A stretch of DNA of 64,000 nt from Candidatus Omnitrophota bacterium (GCA_040753015.1 JBFMHM010000006.1:20467-84466); one strand, 5' to 3'. Numbered from the stretch's first letter, positions 20,249 to 32,391 are shown. Notes: generated by a model not told the origin, from the sequence alone. Program-made: numbers and translations.

Positions 20249-21134
20249 TCTTATTTATCCTTATTTTGTAATTTCGGGAATAAATAAAAAAGAAAAAATC
20301 AAATCTTTTCCTGGAATTTTTCGATATTCCATAGACTGTTTAATGAAAGATGTTGTGGATTTAAGAAAAATGGGTATAAGTAAAATTCTACTTTTTGGTA
20401 TTCCCGACATAAAAGACATTAAAGGCAGTGGCGCTTATGACAAAGATAATATTATTTCTTTAGCAGTAAAAAAAATAAAAGATAAATTACCCGATTTAAT
20501 TATCATTACAGATGTGTGTATGTGTGTTTATACAACGCATGGGCATTGTGGGATATTAAAAAATAGAGGAATAATTGATAATGCTAGAACATTGGAGATT
20601 TTGTCGAAAATTGCAGTTTTACATGCTCAAGCAGGGGTAGATTTTGTTGCGCCATCAGCAATGGCAAAATGTCAGGTTGCTACAATAAGGAAAGCCTTAG
20701 ATGAGCACGGTCATAAAAAAACTAAAATACTTGGTTATTCTGCAAAATTTGCTTCGAATTTTTATGGGCCATTTCGCAATGCCTGTGGTTCAACTCCTAA
20801 ATTTGGCGACAGGACATCTTATCAGCTTGGTTATTTAGATAGCAAAACAGCTTTGGATGAAATCCAGCAGGATATTAAAGAAGGCGCAGATATTGTAATG
20901 GTGAAGCCCGCATTTAGTTATTTAGATATTATTCGAGAAGCAAAGTCAAAGTTTAACTATCCTATGGCTGTTTATAATGTAAGCGGAGAATATAGTTTAA
21001 TAAAAAACGGAGTAAAGCTCGGCTTATTTAGAGAAGAAAAGGCAGTTTTTGAAATTTTATCATCGATAAAACGCGCTGGAGCAGATTTTATTATTACTTA
21101 TCATGCAAAGGATGTTGCAAGATGGTTAGCTTAA
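20208..21134 (+). CDS. hemB: Porphobilinogen synthase (Zn type)
   Basis: DVCMCVYTTHGHCG, YSAKFAS, MVKP, YNVSGEY. Confidence 0.93.
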   Translation: MARKFMGINIKLDNLIYPYFVISGINKKEKIKSFPGIFRYSIDCLMKDVVDLRKMGISKILLFGIPDIKDIKGSGAYDKDNIISLAVKKIKDKLPDLIIITDVCMCVYTTHGHCGILKNRGIIDNARTLEILSKIAVLHAQAGVDFVAPSAMAKCQVATIRKALDEHGHKKTKILGYSAKFASNFYGPFRNACGSTPKFGDRTSYQLGYLDSKTALDEIQQDIKEGADIVMVKPAFSYLDIIREAKSKFNYPMAVYNVSGEYSLIKNGVKLGLFREEKAVFEILSSIKRAGADFIITYHAKDVARWLA

Positions 21135-22375
21135 ACGATAAATTATTAAAACAGGCAAGGCAATATCTTGTTGGCGGGGTAAATAGCCCTGTGCGTAGTT
21201 TTAATTATATCGGGCTAGAGCCGATATTAATTGAAAAAGGAAAAGGATCGAAGATCTATGATTACGATGGTAAAGAATATATTGATTATGTTTTATCATG
21301 GGGTCCTTTGATATTAGGCCATAGCCATCCTAAAGTTATAAACGAGCTAAAACGTGCTATGGCCTTAGGGTTAAGTTTCGGTATGACTAATAAACATGAG
21401 ATCGATCTGGCTAAAGAAATAAAAAAAGCAATTTCTTTTATTGATAAAATTAGATTCGTAAATTCCGGAACAGAAGCAGTAATGACAGCGGTGCGTCTTA
21501 GTCGTGCCTATACAAAAAGAGACAAAATTTTAAAATTTGAGAATGCTTATCATGGACATACGGATTATCTTTTAGCAAAGGCCGGTTCAGGATTGGCTAC
21601 TTTAAATATTCCTTCAAGCCTAGGTGTGCCAAAAGATTTTACTAATCATACAATTGTTGCGCCATTTGGCAATAGAGATGCGTTTGAAAACATTTTTAGA
21701 AAATATGGCAACAGAATCGGCGCAGTTTTGGTTGAGCCAGTGGGAGGGAATTTTGGTGTTGTATTGCCGGATATTAATTTTTTAAAATTTTTGCGAAAGT
21801 TTACAAAAAAATATAACTCACTATTAATTTTCGATGAGATAATCACAGGTTTTCGTTTTGGTTATGGAAGTGCTGCACAACAATTTGGAATAGAGCCGGA
21901 TCTAATTTGTCTTGGAAAAATTATTGGGGGAGGTTTGCCAATCGGGGCAGTAGGAGGAAAAGATAATGTAATGAATTTACTTGCGCCAAAAGATAATGTT
22001 TATCAGGCCGGCACATTTTCAGGTAATCCAGTTGTTATGCAGGCAGGCATTACAACCTTAAAGATTTTAGAGAAAGAGAAGGATAGATATAGAAAACTTT
22101 TTGAGCTAACCGAATTTTTATCTAAAAACATTCAAAATGCAGCAAAGTTAGCCAGTGTAGCTCTAAGAATTAATTATTTTGGTTCAATGTTTAGCATTAA
22201 ATTCACTAATAAAAAATATTTTGGAATGGCATATAAATATTTATTAGAGAATGGTGTTTTTATTGCGCCTTCTGAATTTGAGGCGAATTTTATATCTTTT
22301 AGTCATACCAAAAGAGATATAGAAAAAACGATAAAGTTATTTAGAGAATCCTTGAACAAAATAGGAGACTTATAA
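21122..22375 (+). CDS. hemL: Glutamate-1-semialdehyde 2,1-aminomutase
   Basis: GGVNSPVR, NSGTEA, DEIITGFR, LGKIIGGGLP. Confidence 0.94.
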   Translation: MVSLNDKLLKQARQYLVGGVNSPVRSFNYIGLEPILIEKGKGSKIYDYDGKEYIDYVLSWGPLILGHSHPKVINELKRAMALGLSFGMTNKHEIDLAKEIKKAISFIDKIRFVNSGTEAVMTAVRLSRAYTKRDKILKFENAYHGHTDYLLAKAGSGLATLNIPSSLGVPKDFTNHTIVAPFGNRDAFENIFRKYGNRIGAVLVEPVGGNFGVVLPDINFLKFLRKFTKKYNSLLIFDEIITGFRFGYGSAAQQFGIEPDLICLGKIIGGGLPIGAVGGKDNVMNLLAPKDNVYQAGTFSGNPVVMQAGITTLKILEKEKDRYRKLFELTEFLSKNIQNAAKLASVALRINYFGSMFSIKFTNKKYFGMAYKYLLENGVFIAPSEFEANFISFSHTKRDIEKTIKLFRESLNKIGDL

Positions 22376-23082
22376 TGATAGAGCATATCGATTATGATAA
22401 TTTAAAAAAACGCGGATTCCTAAAACAGAAACAAGATGGCTTCTTTATTTTAAGAACAAGAATGAATTTAGGTGTCTATAAAGATGATCAGCTTTTAAAA
22501 TTTGTGGAAATTTCAAGAAAATATGGACAAGGTATTGTGCATGTAAGTACGCGCCAAGGCATTGAGATTCCTTTTATTAAGTATAATGATATTGATACAG
22601 TAGAAAAGGAGCTTAAATTTAGCAGTATACTTGTAGGTGCTTCTGGTCCAAGGCTCCGTACAACTACATCTTGCCCGGGTAATAATTGGTGCAAGGCAGG
22701 TTTGATTAATACATTTGTTCTATATGATCGGATCGAAAAAGAGTTAAACTTAATATGCGGGTTGGATTTACCTTACAAATTTAAAATTGCAATATCGGGT
22801 TGCCCTAACGGTTGCACTCGCCCGCAGATGAGTGAAATTGGTATACATGGAAACTTTAATTCTAATAAAGCTGTTGGTTATGTGGTTTATTTAGGTGGTT
22901 GCGGTGGGCGTACTCCAAGGCTCGGTTTTAAATTAGAAAGAATTTTTAACGAAGAAGAAGTCTTATTAATTATTAAAAATGTAGTCGCATTTTTTAAAAA
23001 TAATGCAAAACCAAGGCAAAGGCTTGCTTTGTTGATTGAAGAGATGGGGAGAGAAAAATTTATAAAAGAAATCATGATTTAA
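22375..23082 (+). CDS. Small siroheme/4Fe-4S sulfite (or nitrite) reductase
   Basis: STRQGIE, CPGNNWC, KFKIAISGCPNGC, GGCGGR; ends the siroheme operon. Confidence 0.82.
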   Translation: MIEHIDYDNLKKRGFLKQKQDGFFILRTRMNLGVYKDDQLLKFVEISRKYGQGIVHVSTRQGIEIPFIKYNDIDTVEKELKFSSILVGASGPRLRTTTSCPGNNWCKAGLINTFVLYDRIEKELNLICGLDLPYKFKIAISGCPNGCTRPQMSEIGIHGNFNSNKAVGYVVYLGGCGGRTPRLGFKLERIFNEEEVLLIIKNVVAFFKNNAKPRQRLALLIEEMGREKFIKEIMI

Positions 23083-23091
23083 GAGTCTGCC

Positions 23092-23143
23092 TTGACAAAT
23101 CTTATCTATATGATATACTCTACTATATTGGTAGAGATTATAG
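23092..23143 (+). promoter_or_regulatory. sigma70 promoter with putative Rrf2 autoregulatory operator
   Basis: TTGACA-N16-TATACT then inverted repeat CTCTAC-N7-GTAGAG; matches 14873-14902. Confidence 0.78.
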
Positions 23144-23160
23144 ACTAAGAGGAGAAAAAA

Positions 23161-23598
23161 ATGAGGATTACCTATAAAGGCGATTATGCGCTGAAATCTA
23201 TTTTAGATCTAGCTTTATATTATGGGAAAATTGTTACTATTCATGATTTGGCCAAAAGAGTTGATGCTCCTGTTAAATTTTTAGAGCAGGTGCTACTTGA
23301 TTTAAAGAGAGGTGGTTTTGTTGAGAGCAAGCGCGGTAAAGTAGGGGGGTATTTTTTAGCAAAGGCTCCGGCCCAGATAAGTGTAGCCGATATAATAAGG
23401 TATATAGACGGGCCAATTGAGCCTATTGGTTGTGCAGGAAAGGATTATAAGGGTTGTAAAGATATGTATAAGTGTGTTTTTAGAAAGATATGGTGTGATG
23501 TTACAAAGAGCATTTCAGATATAATTGACAATATTGATTTCGAAGATTTAGTTAAGCAACTTGAAGATCAAAGAGGGGCGTTGGTTTATTCTATATAA
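23161..23598 (+). CDS. Rrf2 family transcriptional regulator (three Cys, possibly Fe-S binding)
   Basis: ITYKGDYAL, FLEQVL, SKRGKVGGYFLA, C-x7-C-x5-C. Confidence 0.92.
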   Translation: MRITYKGDYALKSILDLALYYGKIVTIHDLAKRVDAPVKFLEQVLLDLKRGGFVESKRGKVGGYFLAKAPAQISVADIIRYIDGPIEPIGCAGKDYKGCKDMYKCVFRKIWCDVTKSISDIIDNIDFEDLVKQLEDQRGALVYSI

Positions 23599-24900
<1,302 letters not shown>

Positions 24901-24901
24901 A

Positions 24902-25837
24902 ATGCCCAAAATATATAGCGATATAACAAAAACAGTTGGTAATACGCCGTTAATTAGGATTAATAAGATTAGTCAAGGGCTTGATGCGACAATTCTTGCA
25001 AAACTTGAATCGTTTAATCCGCTTTCAAGTATAAAAGATAGAATTGGTATAGCAATGATTGATGCGGCTGAGGAAAAAGGGCTGCTAAAAAAAAATTCAG
25101 TAATAATAGAGCCAACAAGCGGAAATACTGGCATTGCTCTTGCATTTATTGCCGCGGCTAGAGGATATCGGCTTATCCTCACTATGCCGGATACGATGAG
25201 TCTTGAACGTAGGCAGCTTTTAAAAATTTTTGGGGCAGAGCTTGTTCTGACTGAAGGAATAAAGGGAATGAAAGGAGCAGTAGAAAAAGCCGAAGAATTA
25301 GTAAAAAAAACAGCGAATAGTTTTATGCCACAGCAATTTAATAATCTAGAAAATCCAGAAATTCATCGTAAAACTACAGCTGAAGAGATATGGAATGATA
25401 CAGATGGTAATGTTGATATTTTTATTGCTGGGATCGGAACAGGCGGAACAATTACGGGAGTAGGAGAGGTATTAAAAAAGAAAAATCCTAAAGTCAAGGT
25501 TATTGGTATTGAACCAGCTGATTCGCCAGTTTTATCCGGAGGAAAACCTGGGCCGCATAAGATTCAGGGTATTGGTGCAGGTTTTGTGCCTGAAGTTTTA
25601 AATAGAAAAATAATTGATGAAATTTTAGAAGTTAGCAATGAAGATGCTGGTGATTTTGCGCGTAAGCTTGCCAAGGAAGAAGGTATATTTACAGGGATTT
25701 CTAGCGGAGCAGCAATGTGGGCAGCTTTAGAAGTGGCAAAGCGCAAGGAGTCGAAAGGTAAGACAATCATAGTTATTTTACCAGATACAGGCGAGCGATA
25801 TTTATCAACTTGGGTTTACCAGGAGTTTTTGGTATAA
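24902..25837 (+). CDS. cysK: Cysteine synthase A (copy 2)
   Basis: [36 protein letters not shown]. Confidence 0.94.
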   Translation: MPKIYSDITKTVGNTPLIRINKISQGLDATILAKLESFNPLSSIKDRIGIAMIDAAEEKGLLKKNSVIIEPTSGNTGIALAFIAAARGYRLILTMPDTMSLERRQLLKIFGAELVLTEGIKGMKGAVEKAEELVKKTANSFMPQQFNNLENPEIHRKTTAEEIWNDTDGNVDIFIAGIGTGGTITGVGEVLKKKNPKVKVIGIEPADSPVLSGGKPGPHKIQGIGAGFVPEVLNRKIIDEILEVSNEDAGDFARKLAKEEGIFTGISSGAAMWAALEVAKRKESKGKTIIVILPDTGERYLSTWVYQEFLV

Positions 25838-25889
25838 TTAATATTATATGTAAAAATTGCTTTTTACATGTTTAATCCAGAGTAAAAAT

Positions 25890-26999
25890 ATGATAAAAGA
25901 AAACAATATAGGATTAGTAAAAACTGAATTTTTTTCATTCGACGAGTTAAAATTAGAGTCAGGACAAGTTTTTGGTCCAATAACGCTTGCTTATGAAACT
26001 TACGGAGAGCTTAATAAGGATAAATCTAATGCTATTCTTATTCTTCATGCTCTTTCAGGTGATGCTCATGCGGCAGGTCTGCATGAAGGCGAAAAAAAAC
26101 CTGGTTGGTGGGATGAGATGATTGGCCCAGGTAAGGCCTTCGATACAGATAAATATTTTATTATTTGTTCAAATGTTTTAGGTGGTTGCCGTGGTTCAAC
26201 GGGTCCTTCAAGTATTAATCCAAAAACAAATAGGCCTTATGCATTAGATTTTCCGATAATAAGCATTGGAGATATGGTAACTTGTCAGAAACATTTTATT
26301 GATTATTTAGGGATTGATAAATTATTGTCGGTTGTTGGCGGATCTATGGGTGGAATGCAGGTATTGTCTTGGATGGTAAAATTCCCTAATAAAATAAAAA
26401 GCGCAATTCCCATTGCAACTACTCTAAAACACTCACCGCAGCAGATTGCTTTTGATGAAGTTGGCCGCCAGGCAATTATGGCTGATCCGCATTGGAAATC
26501 AGGAAATTACTATGATAGTTTGCATCCAGCTAAAGGCCTTGCTGTTGCCCGTATGATCGGCCATATTACATATATGAGCGATGAGTCAATGGCGGAAAAA
26601 TTTGGTCGGCAGAAGAAAAATGGCGCAGAGCCTTTTAAATTTACTGCTGATTTTGAGGTAGAGGGTTATTTGCGTTATCGTGGGGATAATTTTGTAAAAC
26701 GCTTTGATGCAAACTCATACCTATATATTACCAAGGCAATGGATAATTTTGATGCATCGCAAAATCGGCCTTTTTCAGAAGTAATCGAGGGAAAAAAGAT
26801 AAAGATTTTAGTTATTGCTTTTAAATCAGATTGGCTATATCCTGCATATCAGTCTAAAGATATTGTTCGGGCTTGTAAACATGCAGGTATTGAGGCAAGT
26901 TTTTGCGAGGTTGCTTCAACCTACGGGCATGATGCTTTCCTTCTTGAGACTAGAGAAGAAACACATCTGATCTCGTATTTCTTAAAGAAAGTAATATAA
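25890..26999 (+). CDS. metX: Homoserine O-acetyltransferase
   Basis: HALSGD, GGSMGG nucleophile, RFDANSY, SDWLYP, YGHDAFL. Confidence 0.94.
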   Translation: MIKENNIGLVKTEFFSFDELKLESGQVFGPITLAYETYGELNKDKSNAILILHALSGDAHAAGLHEGEKKPGWWDEMIGPGKAFDTDKYFIICSNVLGGCRGSTGPSSINPKTNRPYALDFPIISIGDMVTCQKHFIDYLGIDKLLSVVGGSMGGMQVLSWMVKFPNKIKSAIPIATTLKHSPQQIAFDEVGRQAIMADPHWKSGNYYDSLHPAKGLAVARMIGHITYMSDESMAEKFGRQKKNGAEPFKFTADFEVEGYLRYRGDNFVKRFDANSYLYITKAMDNFDASQNRPFSEVIEGKKIKILVIAFKSDWLYPAYQSKDIVRACKHAGIEASFCEVASTYGHDAFLLETREETHLISYFLKKVI

Positions 27000-27011
27000 T
27001 TATAAAAAATT

Positions 27012-27599
27012 ATGCATAAACCAGTTCGTCTAGACCATAGGGTTATTTCAGGGCTTATTATTCGAGGTTCATCGGTTTTAGATCTAGGATGTGGTAATGG
27101 CGATCTTTTAGAATTATTAGTTAAAGATAAAGATGTGCGCGCTCAAGGTATTGAAATAAATGAGCAAGCAATATATTCTTGTGTTGCAAAAGGCCTAAAT
27201 GTTTTTCACGGAGATATTGACAGCGGTCTTTCGGAATATCGCGATAAATCATTTGATTATGTGATTCTAAACCAAAGTTTGCAGCAGGTTAAAAATATTG
27301 AGGCAGTGCTTTTGGATGCTTTAAGAGTAGGTAGAAAAGTTATTGTTGGTATTCCAAATTTTGCTTATTATAGAGCAAGGCTACAATTATTTTTTGGTGG
27401 TAGGGCCCCGGTTACAAAATCATTGCCTTATACTTGGTATGAAACCCCTAATTTGAGATCATTAAGTATATATGATTTTATTGATTATTGTCGAAAGAAA
27501 CAGATTAAAATCGAAAAGTCGGTATATCTTTCCGATAAACGCCGCGTCTTTATTTTTCCTAATGTTTTTGCTGTAATAGGTATCTTAGTTATTTCCTAA
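27012..27599 (+). CDS. metW: Methionine biosynthesis protein MetW
   Basis: VLDLGCGNG, PNFAY, WYETPN; follows metX. Confidence 0.92.
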   Translation: MHKPVRLDHRVISGLIIRGSSVLDLGCGNGDLLELLVKDKDVRAQGIEINEQAIYSCVAKGLNVFHGDIDSGLSEYRDKSFDYVILNQSLQQVKNIEAVLLDALRVGRKVIVGIPNFAYYRARLQLFFGGRAPVTKSLPYTWYETPNLRSLSIYDFIDYCRKKQIKIEKSVYLSDKRRVFIFPNVFAVIGILVIS

Positions 27600-27611
27600 G
27601 ATATAAAAAGC

Positions 27612-28451
27612 ATGCCTAAGATTAAAGATTATAGTTTATATTTAGTGGTAAGTGAAGAATACGGTCAAGGTAAAACCGCTCTTGAGATAGCAAGCGCTGC
27701 GATTTATGGCGGGGTAGATATTATTCAAATGCGTGAAAAAAATAAAACAAAACAGGAATTAACTGCGCTTGGTAATAAATTATCAAGATTGTGTAGAGAG
27801 AATAATGCACTTTTTATCGTTAATGACGACCCATTCGTTACGAAAGAAGTTAATGCTGATGGAGTGCATCTTGGGCAAGAAGATATAAAACGTTTCCGGC
27901 TAGAAGATGTGCGCAGTATTCTTGGGCAGGATAAAATTATTGGTATTTCAACGCATTCGCTTGAGCAGTTTCAAGAGGCAAATAACAAAGATTTTGATTA
28001 CATTGCTTTTGGCCCAGTATTTCCTACGCAAACAAAAGATTATTTTATCGGCACAAAAGACATAGAAGAAGTTTTAAAGATTGCAAAGAAACCAGTTGTT
28101 TTTATCGGTGGAATCAACCTTTCAAATATTAGCGAACTTCTATCTGCGGGCGTAAGAAACATTGCTTTGATTAGAGCTATTTTGCAGGCAAAAGATATAA
28201 CATTAGAGACGAAAAAATTTAGACAAAAATTTAATGTAAAAAGACAAGATATGATTATAAAAATAAACGGAAAAGAAGAGTCGATAGATAAAGAAATTAA
28301 ACTAATAGATTTAATATCTAAAAAAAATTTATGTTCTGAGAAAATAATTATTGAACATAATTTTAAAATTATTGATAAAGAAAAATGGCCTGATATTATT
28401 TTGGCTGAATTTGATAATCTTGAGATAGTAAGTTTTGTCGGAGGTGGATAA
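27612..28451 (+). CDS. thiE: Thiamine phosphate synthase fused to C-terminal ThiS sulfur carrier
   Basis: QMREK, VNDD, GVHLGQED, GISTH; last ~66 aa MIIKINGKE...LEIVSFVGGG is ThiS-like. Confidence 0.88.
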   Translation: MPKIKDYSLYLVVSEEYGQGKTALEIASAAIYGGVDIIQMREKNKTKQELTALGNKLSRLCRENNALFIVNDDPFVTKEVNADGVHLGQEDIKRFRLEDVRSILGQDKIIGISTHSLEQFQEANNKDFDYIAFGPVFPTQTKDYFIGTKDIEEVLKIAKKPVVFIGGINLSNISELLSAGVRNIALIRAILQAKDITLETKKFRQKFNVKRQDMIIKINGKEESIDKEIKLIDLISKKNLCSEKIIIEHNFKIIDKEKWPDIILAEFDNLEIVSFVGGG

Positions 28452-28454
28452 AAA

Positions 28455-29228
28455 GTGCATGATTTTTTAGAAATAGGCGGTAAAAAAATTAACAGTCGTC
28501 TTTTTATTGGTACAGGAAAATTCTCAAGCTATAAGCTAATGCAAGAAGCGATTGAGGCTTCAGGCGCAGATATAGTAACTGTTGCCCTTCGTCGAATCGA
28601 TATATCTTCAAAAACAGATAATATCCTAGATTATATTCCTAAAAAATGCATTATTATGCCAAATACTTCTGGCGCACGAAATGCCGATGAAGCAGTAAGA
28701 ATTGCACGGCTTGCTAAGGCTAGTGGTTGTGGTGATTGGATAAAAATTGAGGTTATTTCTGATAATAAATATTTGCTTCCTGATAATCTCGAAACACTTA
28801 AGGCAACGCAGATATTAGTAAAAGAAGGGTTTATTGTTTTGCCTTATATGAGCCCGGATTTATCAATCGCAAAGCGTCTTGCCGATGCAGGCGCTGGTGC
28901 AGTTATGCCGCTTGGTTCACCAATTGGCACAAATCGCGGTATTAAAACTAAAGAGCTAGTTGAGATTCTAATTAATGAGATTAAAATTCCGATTATTATA
29001 GATGCTGGTATTGGCGCTCCGTCAGAAGCATGTCATGCTATGGAATTAGGCTGCGCAGCGGTGCTTATTAATACCGCTATTGCGATTGCAAACGAACCGG
29101 TAAACATGGCAGAGGCATTTAATCAGGCGGTTATTGCTGGGAGAAAGGCTTATTTATCTGGGTTAGCTAAGGCTAACAAAATAGCAAGCGCATCAAGCCC
29201 ATTGACTGGATTCCTAAGGCAAGAATAA
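28455..29228 (+). CDS. thiG: Thiazole synthase
   Basis: [34 protein letters not shown]. Confidence 0.95.
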   Translation: MHDFLEIGGKKINSRLFIGTGKFSSYKLMQEAIEASGADIVTVALRRIDISSKTDNILDYIPKKCIIMPNTSGARNADEAVRIARLAKASGCGDWIKIEVISDNKYLLPDNLETLKATQILVKEGFIVLPYMSPDLSIAKRLADAGAGAVMPLGSPIGTNRGIKTKELVEILINEIKIPIIIDAGIGAPSEACHAMELGCAAVLINTAIAIANEPVNMAEAFNQAVIAGRKAYLSGLAKANKIASASSPLTGFLRQE

Positions 29229-30298
29229 TGAATTTCTATGATATTTACTTAAAATATAGGGATCTTAGTTTTGATGAGCTTAGCCACGTCGGACCCTATA
29301 AACAATTTATTTGGTCTTTGTCAAAAGAGGCGAGAAACGATCTTGAGTATATGGCAAAAACTGCGCATGATTTAACTTTAAAATTTTTTGGTAAGACAAT
29401 TCAGCTTTATACACCTATGTATTTGTCGAATTATTGCGAGAACCAATGTATTTATTGCGGGTTTAATTCTAAAAATAATATTGAAAGGAAGAAGCTTACA
29501 TTTGATGAAATAGAAAAAGAAGCTCAATTTATTTCATCACTTGGTTTAAAGCATATACTTATTTTAACCGGCGAGTCTAAGAGCCAAAGCTCTTTAAATT
29601 ACCTAAAAGATTGTATTAAAATATTAAAAAAATATTTTACTTTAATATCTATAGAAATATATCCACTTATGGAAGATGAATATATTGAGATTATATCTAA
29701 TGGTGTGGATGGTTTGACTATATATCAGGAAACCTATAGTGAGATAGCCTATGATAAACTGCATTTATCTGGGCCGAAAAAAGATTATAGATTTAGATTA
29801 GATGCGCCAGAGCGAGCTGCAAAAGCAGGTATGCGCAATGTTAATATTGGAACTCTGCTAGGGTTAAGCGATTTTCGAAAAGATGTTTTTTTATTAGGAC
29901 TGCATGCTGAATATTTACAAGATAAATTTCCACAAGTTGAAGTTAGTGTATCTGTGCCAAGGATAAGAAATCAAGTTGCTAGTTTTAAGCCACAATATAA
30001 TGTGACGGATGCTGATTTAGTTCAGATAATTTTAGCTTTAAGGATTTTTTTACCAAGAGCCGGCATTACATTGTCAACACGTGAAAACGCTAACTTAAGA
30101 GATAACCTGCTCCCTCTAGGAATCACCCGAATGTCAGCCGGATCAACTACGCGCGTTGGCGGCCATATATTACAATATTTAAGATGTGATAATTCTTTTC
30201 AGTTTGAAATTGAAGATAAAAGAACCGTTGCTCAAATGAAAGCGATGTTAGAAAGCAAAGGTTATCAACCAATTTTCAAAGACTGGGTGCATATATAA
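29228..30298 (+). CDS. thiH: 2-iminoacetate synthase (tyrosine lyase)
   Basis: YLSNYCENQCIYCGF, YQETY, LSTRE, QFEIEDKR. Confidence 0.93.
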   Translation: MNFYDIYLKYRDLSFDELSHVGPYKQFIWSLSKEARNDLEYMAKTAHDLTLKFFGKTIQLYTPMYLSNYCENQCIYCGFNSKNNIERKKLTFDEIEKEAQFISSLGLKHILILTGESKSQSSLNYLKDCIKILKKYFTLISIEIYPLMEDEYIEIISNGVDGLTIYQETYSEIAYDKLHLSGPKKDYRFRLDAPERAAKAGMRNVNIGTLLGLSDFRKDVFLLGLHAEYLQDKFPQVEVSVSVPRIRNQVASFKPQYNVTDADLVQIILALRIFLPRAGITLSTRENANLRDNLLPLGITRMSAGSTTRVGGHILQYLRCDNSFQFEIEDKRTVAQMKAMLESKGYQPIFKDWVHI

Positions 30299-30904
30299 AT
30301 GCAAACTTTTAGAGAAGATCTTGTAAACAAATTTGGCCAACATAACTTTGAGAAAATTCAAAAAGCAAAAGTTGGCATAGCCGGCGCAGGAGGTCTTGGT
30401 TCTAATTGTGCACTTCATCTTGTTAGGGTAGGTTTTACTAAGTTTACTATAGCCGATTTCGATGTGATTGTTCCTTCGAATTTAGATAGGCAGTTTTATT
30501 TTTTAGATCAAATTGGGATGAATAAAGTAGATGCGCTTAGAGATAATTTAGTTCGGATAAATCCCGAGTTAGAGCTTGAGCTTGTTAGGAAAAAGATAGA
30601 AAAGATTAATATAGGTGAAATATTTAGCAATTGTGATATTATTGCAGAGTGTCTAGACAGGGCAGAATATAAAACAATATTAGTTTCAGAGCTTATGGAT
30701 TTAAATAAATTTATTGTTTCGGTATCCGGCTTAGGAGGCGTCGGTTTCAGTGATGAGATTAAAATTCATAGAATAAATAACAATTTAATTATTATTGGAG
30801 ATTTGAAATCAGATACAGATAAGAAACCAGCTTTATCTCCTCGGGTAAATATTGCTGCGGCAAAACAGGCAGATGTGATTCTTGAATATGTATTACAGGG
30901 ATGA
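30299..30904 (+). CDS. thiF: ThiS adenylyltransferase
   Basis: GAGGLGSN, DFD..SNLDRQ, PRVNIAAAKQA. Confidence 0.9.
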   Translation: MQTFREDLVNKFGQHNFEKIQKAKVGIAGAGGLGSNCALHLVRVGFTKFTIADFDVIVPSNLDRQFYFLDQIGMNKVDALRDNLVRINPELELELVRKKIEKINIGEIFSNCDIIAECLDRAEYKTILVSELMDLNKFIVSVSGLGGVGFSDEIKIHRINNNLIIIGDLKSDTDKKPALSPRVNIAAAKQADVILEYVLQG

Positions 30905-30986
30905 TATAATTAAATAAATCCACCATTGAATCTTAGCGGATTTGATTCCTCCGTAATAATTATGCGGGGTTACTAAAGGAGAAAAA

Positions 30987-31208
30987 ATGCGTGAAAGAGT
31001 AGAAAAAGCGTTAGAAAAAATTCGTCCAAATTTACAAGCTGATGGAGGAGATGTAGAGCTTGTTGAAGTAACAGCTGATGGTATAGTTAAGGTACGCCTT
31101 CGCGGTGCATGCGGCTGCTGCCCGATGAGCCAAATGACTTTAAAGCAAGGGATTGAACGTTTGATAAAACAAGAAGTTCCTGAAGTTAAAAGTGTCGAGG
31201 CTGTTTAA
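30987..31208 (+). CDS. NifU/Nfu C-terminal domain Fe-S carrier
   Basis: IRPNLQADGGDVEL, GACGCCPMS, TLKQGIE. Confidence 0.92.
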   Translation: MRERVEKALEKIRPNLQADGGDVELVEVTADGIVKVRLRGACGCCPMSQMTLKQGIERLIKQEVPEVKSVEAV

Positions 31209-31223
31209 GTTTAGTAAAAAGCA

Positions 31224-32390
31224 ATGAAGAAAATTTATCTGGACTACGCAGCAACCACGCCAACCGATCCAGAAGCATTAAAAGTAATGCTTCCCTATTT
31301 TTGCGATAAATTCGGTAATGCCTCTAGTGTTCATTGTTTTGGCCAAGAAGCAAAGAGGGCATTAGAAGAATCGCGATTAAAGATTGCACTATCTTTAGGT
31401 GCGGATACGTCCGAAATTATTTTTACATCTGGTGGCACAGAATCAAATAATTTTGCTTTATTCGGCGTGGCCGATGCGTTAGTTAATAAAGGCAATCATA
31501 TTATTATTAGCTCAATTGAACATCATGCAATAACCGAGCCAGCAAAATTTTTAGAAAAGAAAGGTTTTAATATTACAAGATTGAGAGTGGATAGGTATGG
31601 TGTGGTTGATCCTCTTGATGTAAAAAAAGCAATTACTGATAGGACAATCCTTGTATCTATCATGCAGGCAAATAATGAGATCGGTACATTACAGCCGATA
31701 AAAGAAATTTCTAAAATAATAAAAGAAAAAAATATCTATTTCCATACGGATGCGGTACAGTCAGTGGGGCATATCCCTGTGAATGTAGCAGATCTCGGAG
31801 TAGATTTGCTTTCTTTATCCGGTCATAAATTCTATGGTCCAAAAGGTGTAGGTGCTTTATATGTAAAACATGGTACGAAAATTACACGTTTCTTACACGG
31901 CGGAGACCAAGAACGAATGCGCCGGGCGTCAACAGAAAACATTGCTGGCGTTGTGGGTATGGCATCTGCGCTTGAAATCTGCCAAGCTAAGATGAAAGAA
32001 GAAATGAAGTTGCAAGCCGAATTAAGAGATAAATTGATTAAAGGTATTATAGAAAAAATCGATGATATAATTTTAAATGGCCATCCTACAAATAGGCTTG
32101 CTAATAACATAAACTTTTCTTTCAAATATATTGAGGGCGAGTCGATATTACTTAATCTTGATTTGGAAGGTATTGCTGCATCAACTGGTTCAGCCTGCAC
32201 ATCTGACAGCCTTGAGCCTTCTAGTGTATTACTTGCAGTTGGTCAGGCGCAAGAAGATGCACATGGTTCGATTCGTTTTAGCCTAGGCCGCTGGACTAGC
32301 GAAGCCGAAATAGATTATGTTTTGGAAAAATTACCAAAAATTGTTGCAAAACTTCGGGCAATGAGCCCAATTTATAACAAAAAGGGTTAA
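31224..32390 (+). CDS. iscS: Cysteine desulfurase (IscS/NifS)
   Basis: YLDYAATTP, SGGTESNN, SGHKFYGPKG, STGSAC. Confidence 0.93.
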   Translation: MKKIYLDYAATTPTDPEALKVMLPYFCDKFGNASSVHCFGQEAKRALEESRLKIALSLGADTSEIIFTSGGTESNNFALFGVADALVNKGNHIIISSIEHHAITEPAKFLEKKGFNITRLRVDRYGVVDPLDVKKAITDRTILVSIMQANNEIGTLQPIKEISKIIKEKNIYFHTDAVQSVGHIPVNVADLGVDLLSLSGHKFYGPKGVGALYVKHGTKITRFLHGGDQERMRRASTENIAGVVGMASALEICQAKMKEEMKLQAELRDKLIKGIIEKIDDIILNGHPTNRLANNINFSFKYIEGESILLNLDLEGIAASTGSACTSDSLEPSSVLLAVGQAQEDAHGSIRFSLGRWTSEAEIDYVLEKLPKIVAKLRAMSPIYNKKG

Positions 32391-32391
32391 T

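Noticed and set aside
27599-27612. TPP riboswitch before thi genes or SAM riboswitch before met genes
   Set aside because: Intergenic gaps are too short and no conserved riboswitch core is visible.
30916-30970. Two weak hairpins between thiF and nfu as an ncRNA
   Set aside because: Imperfect stems; at best a degenerate relative of the palindromic elements or a weak terminator.
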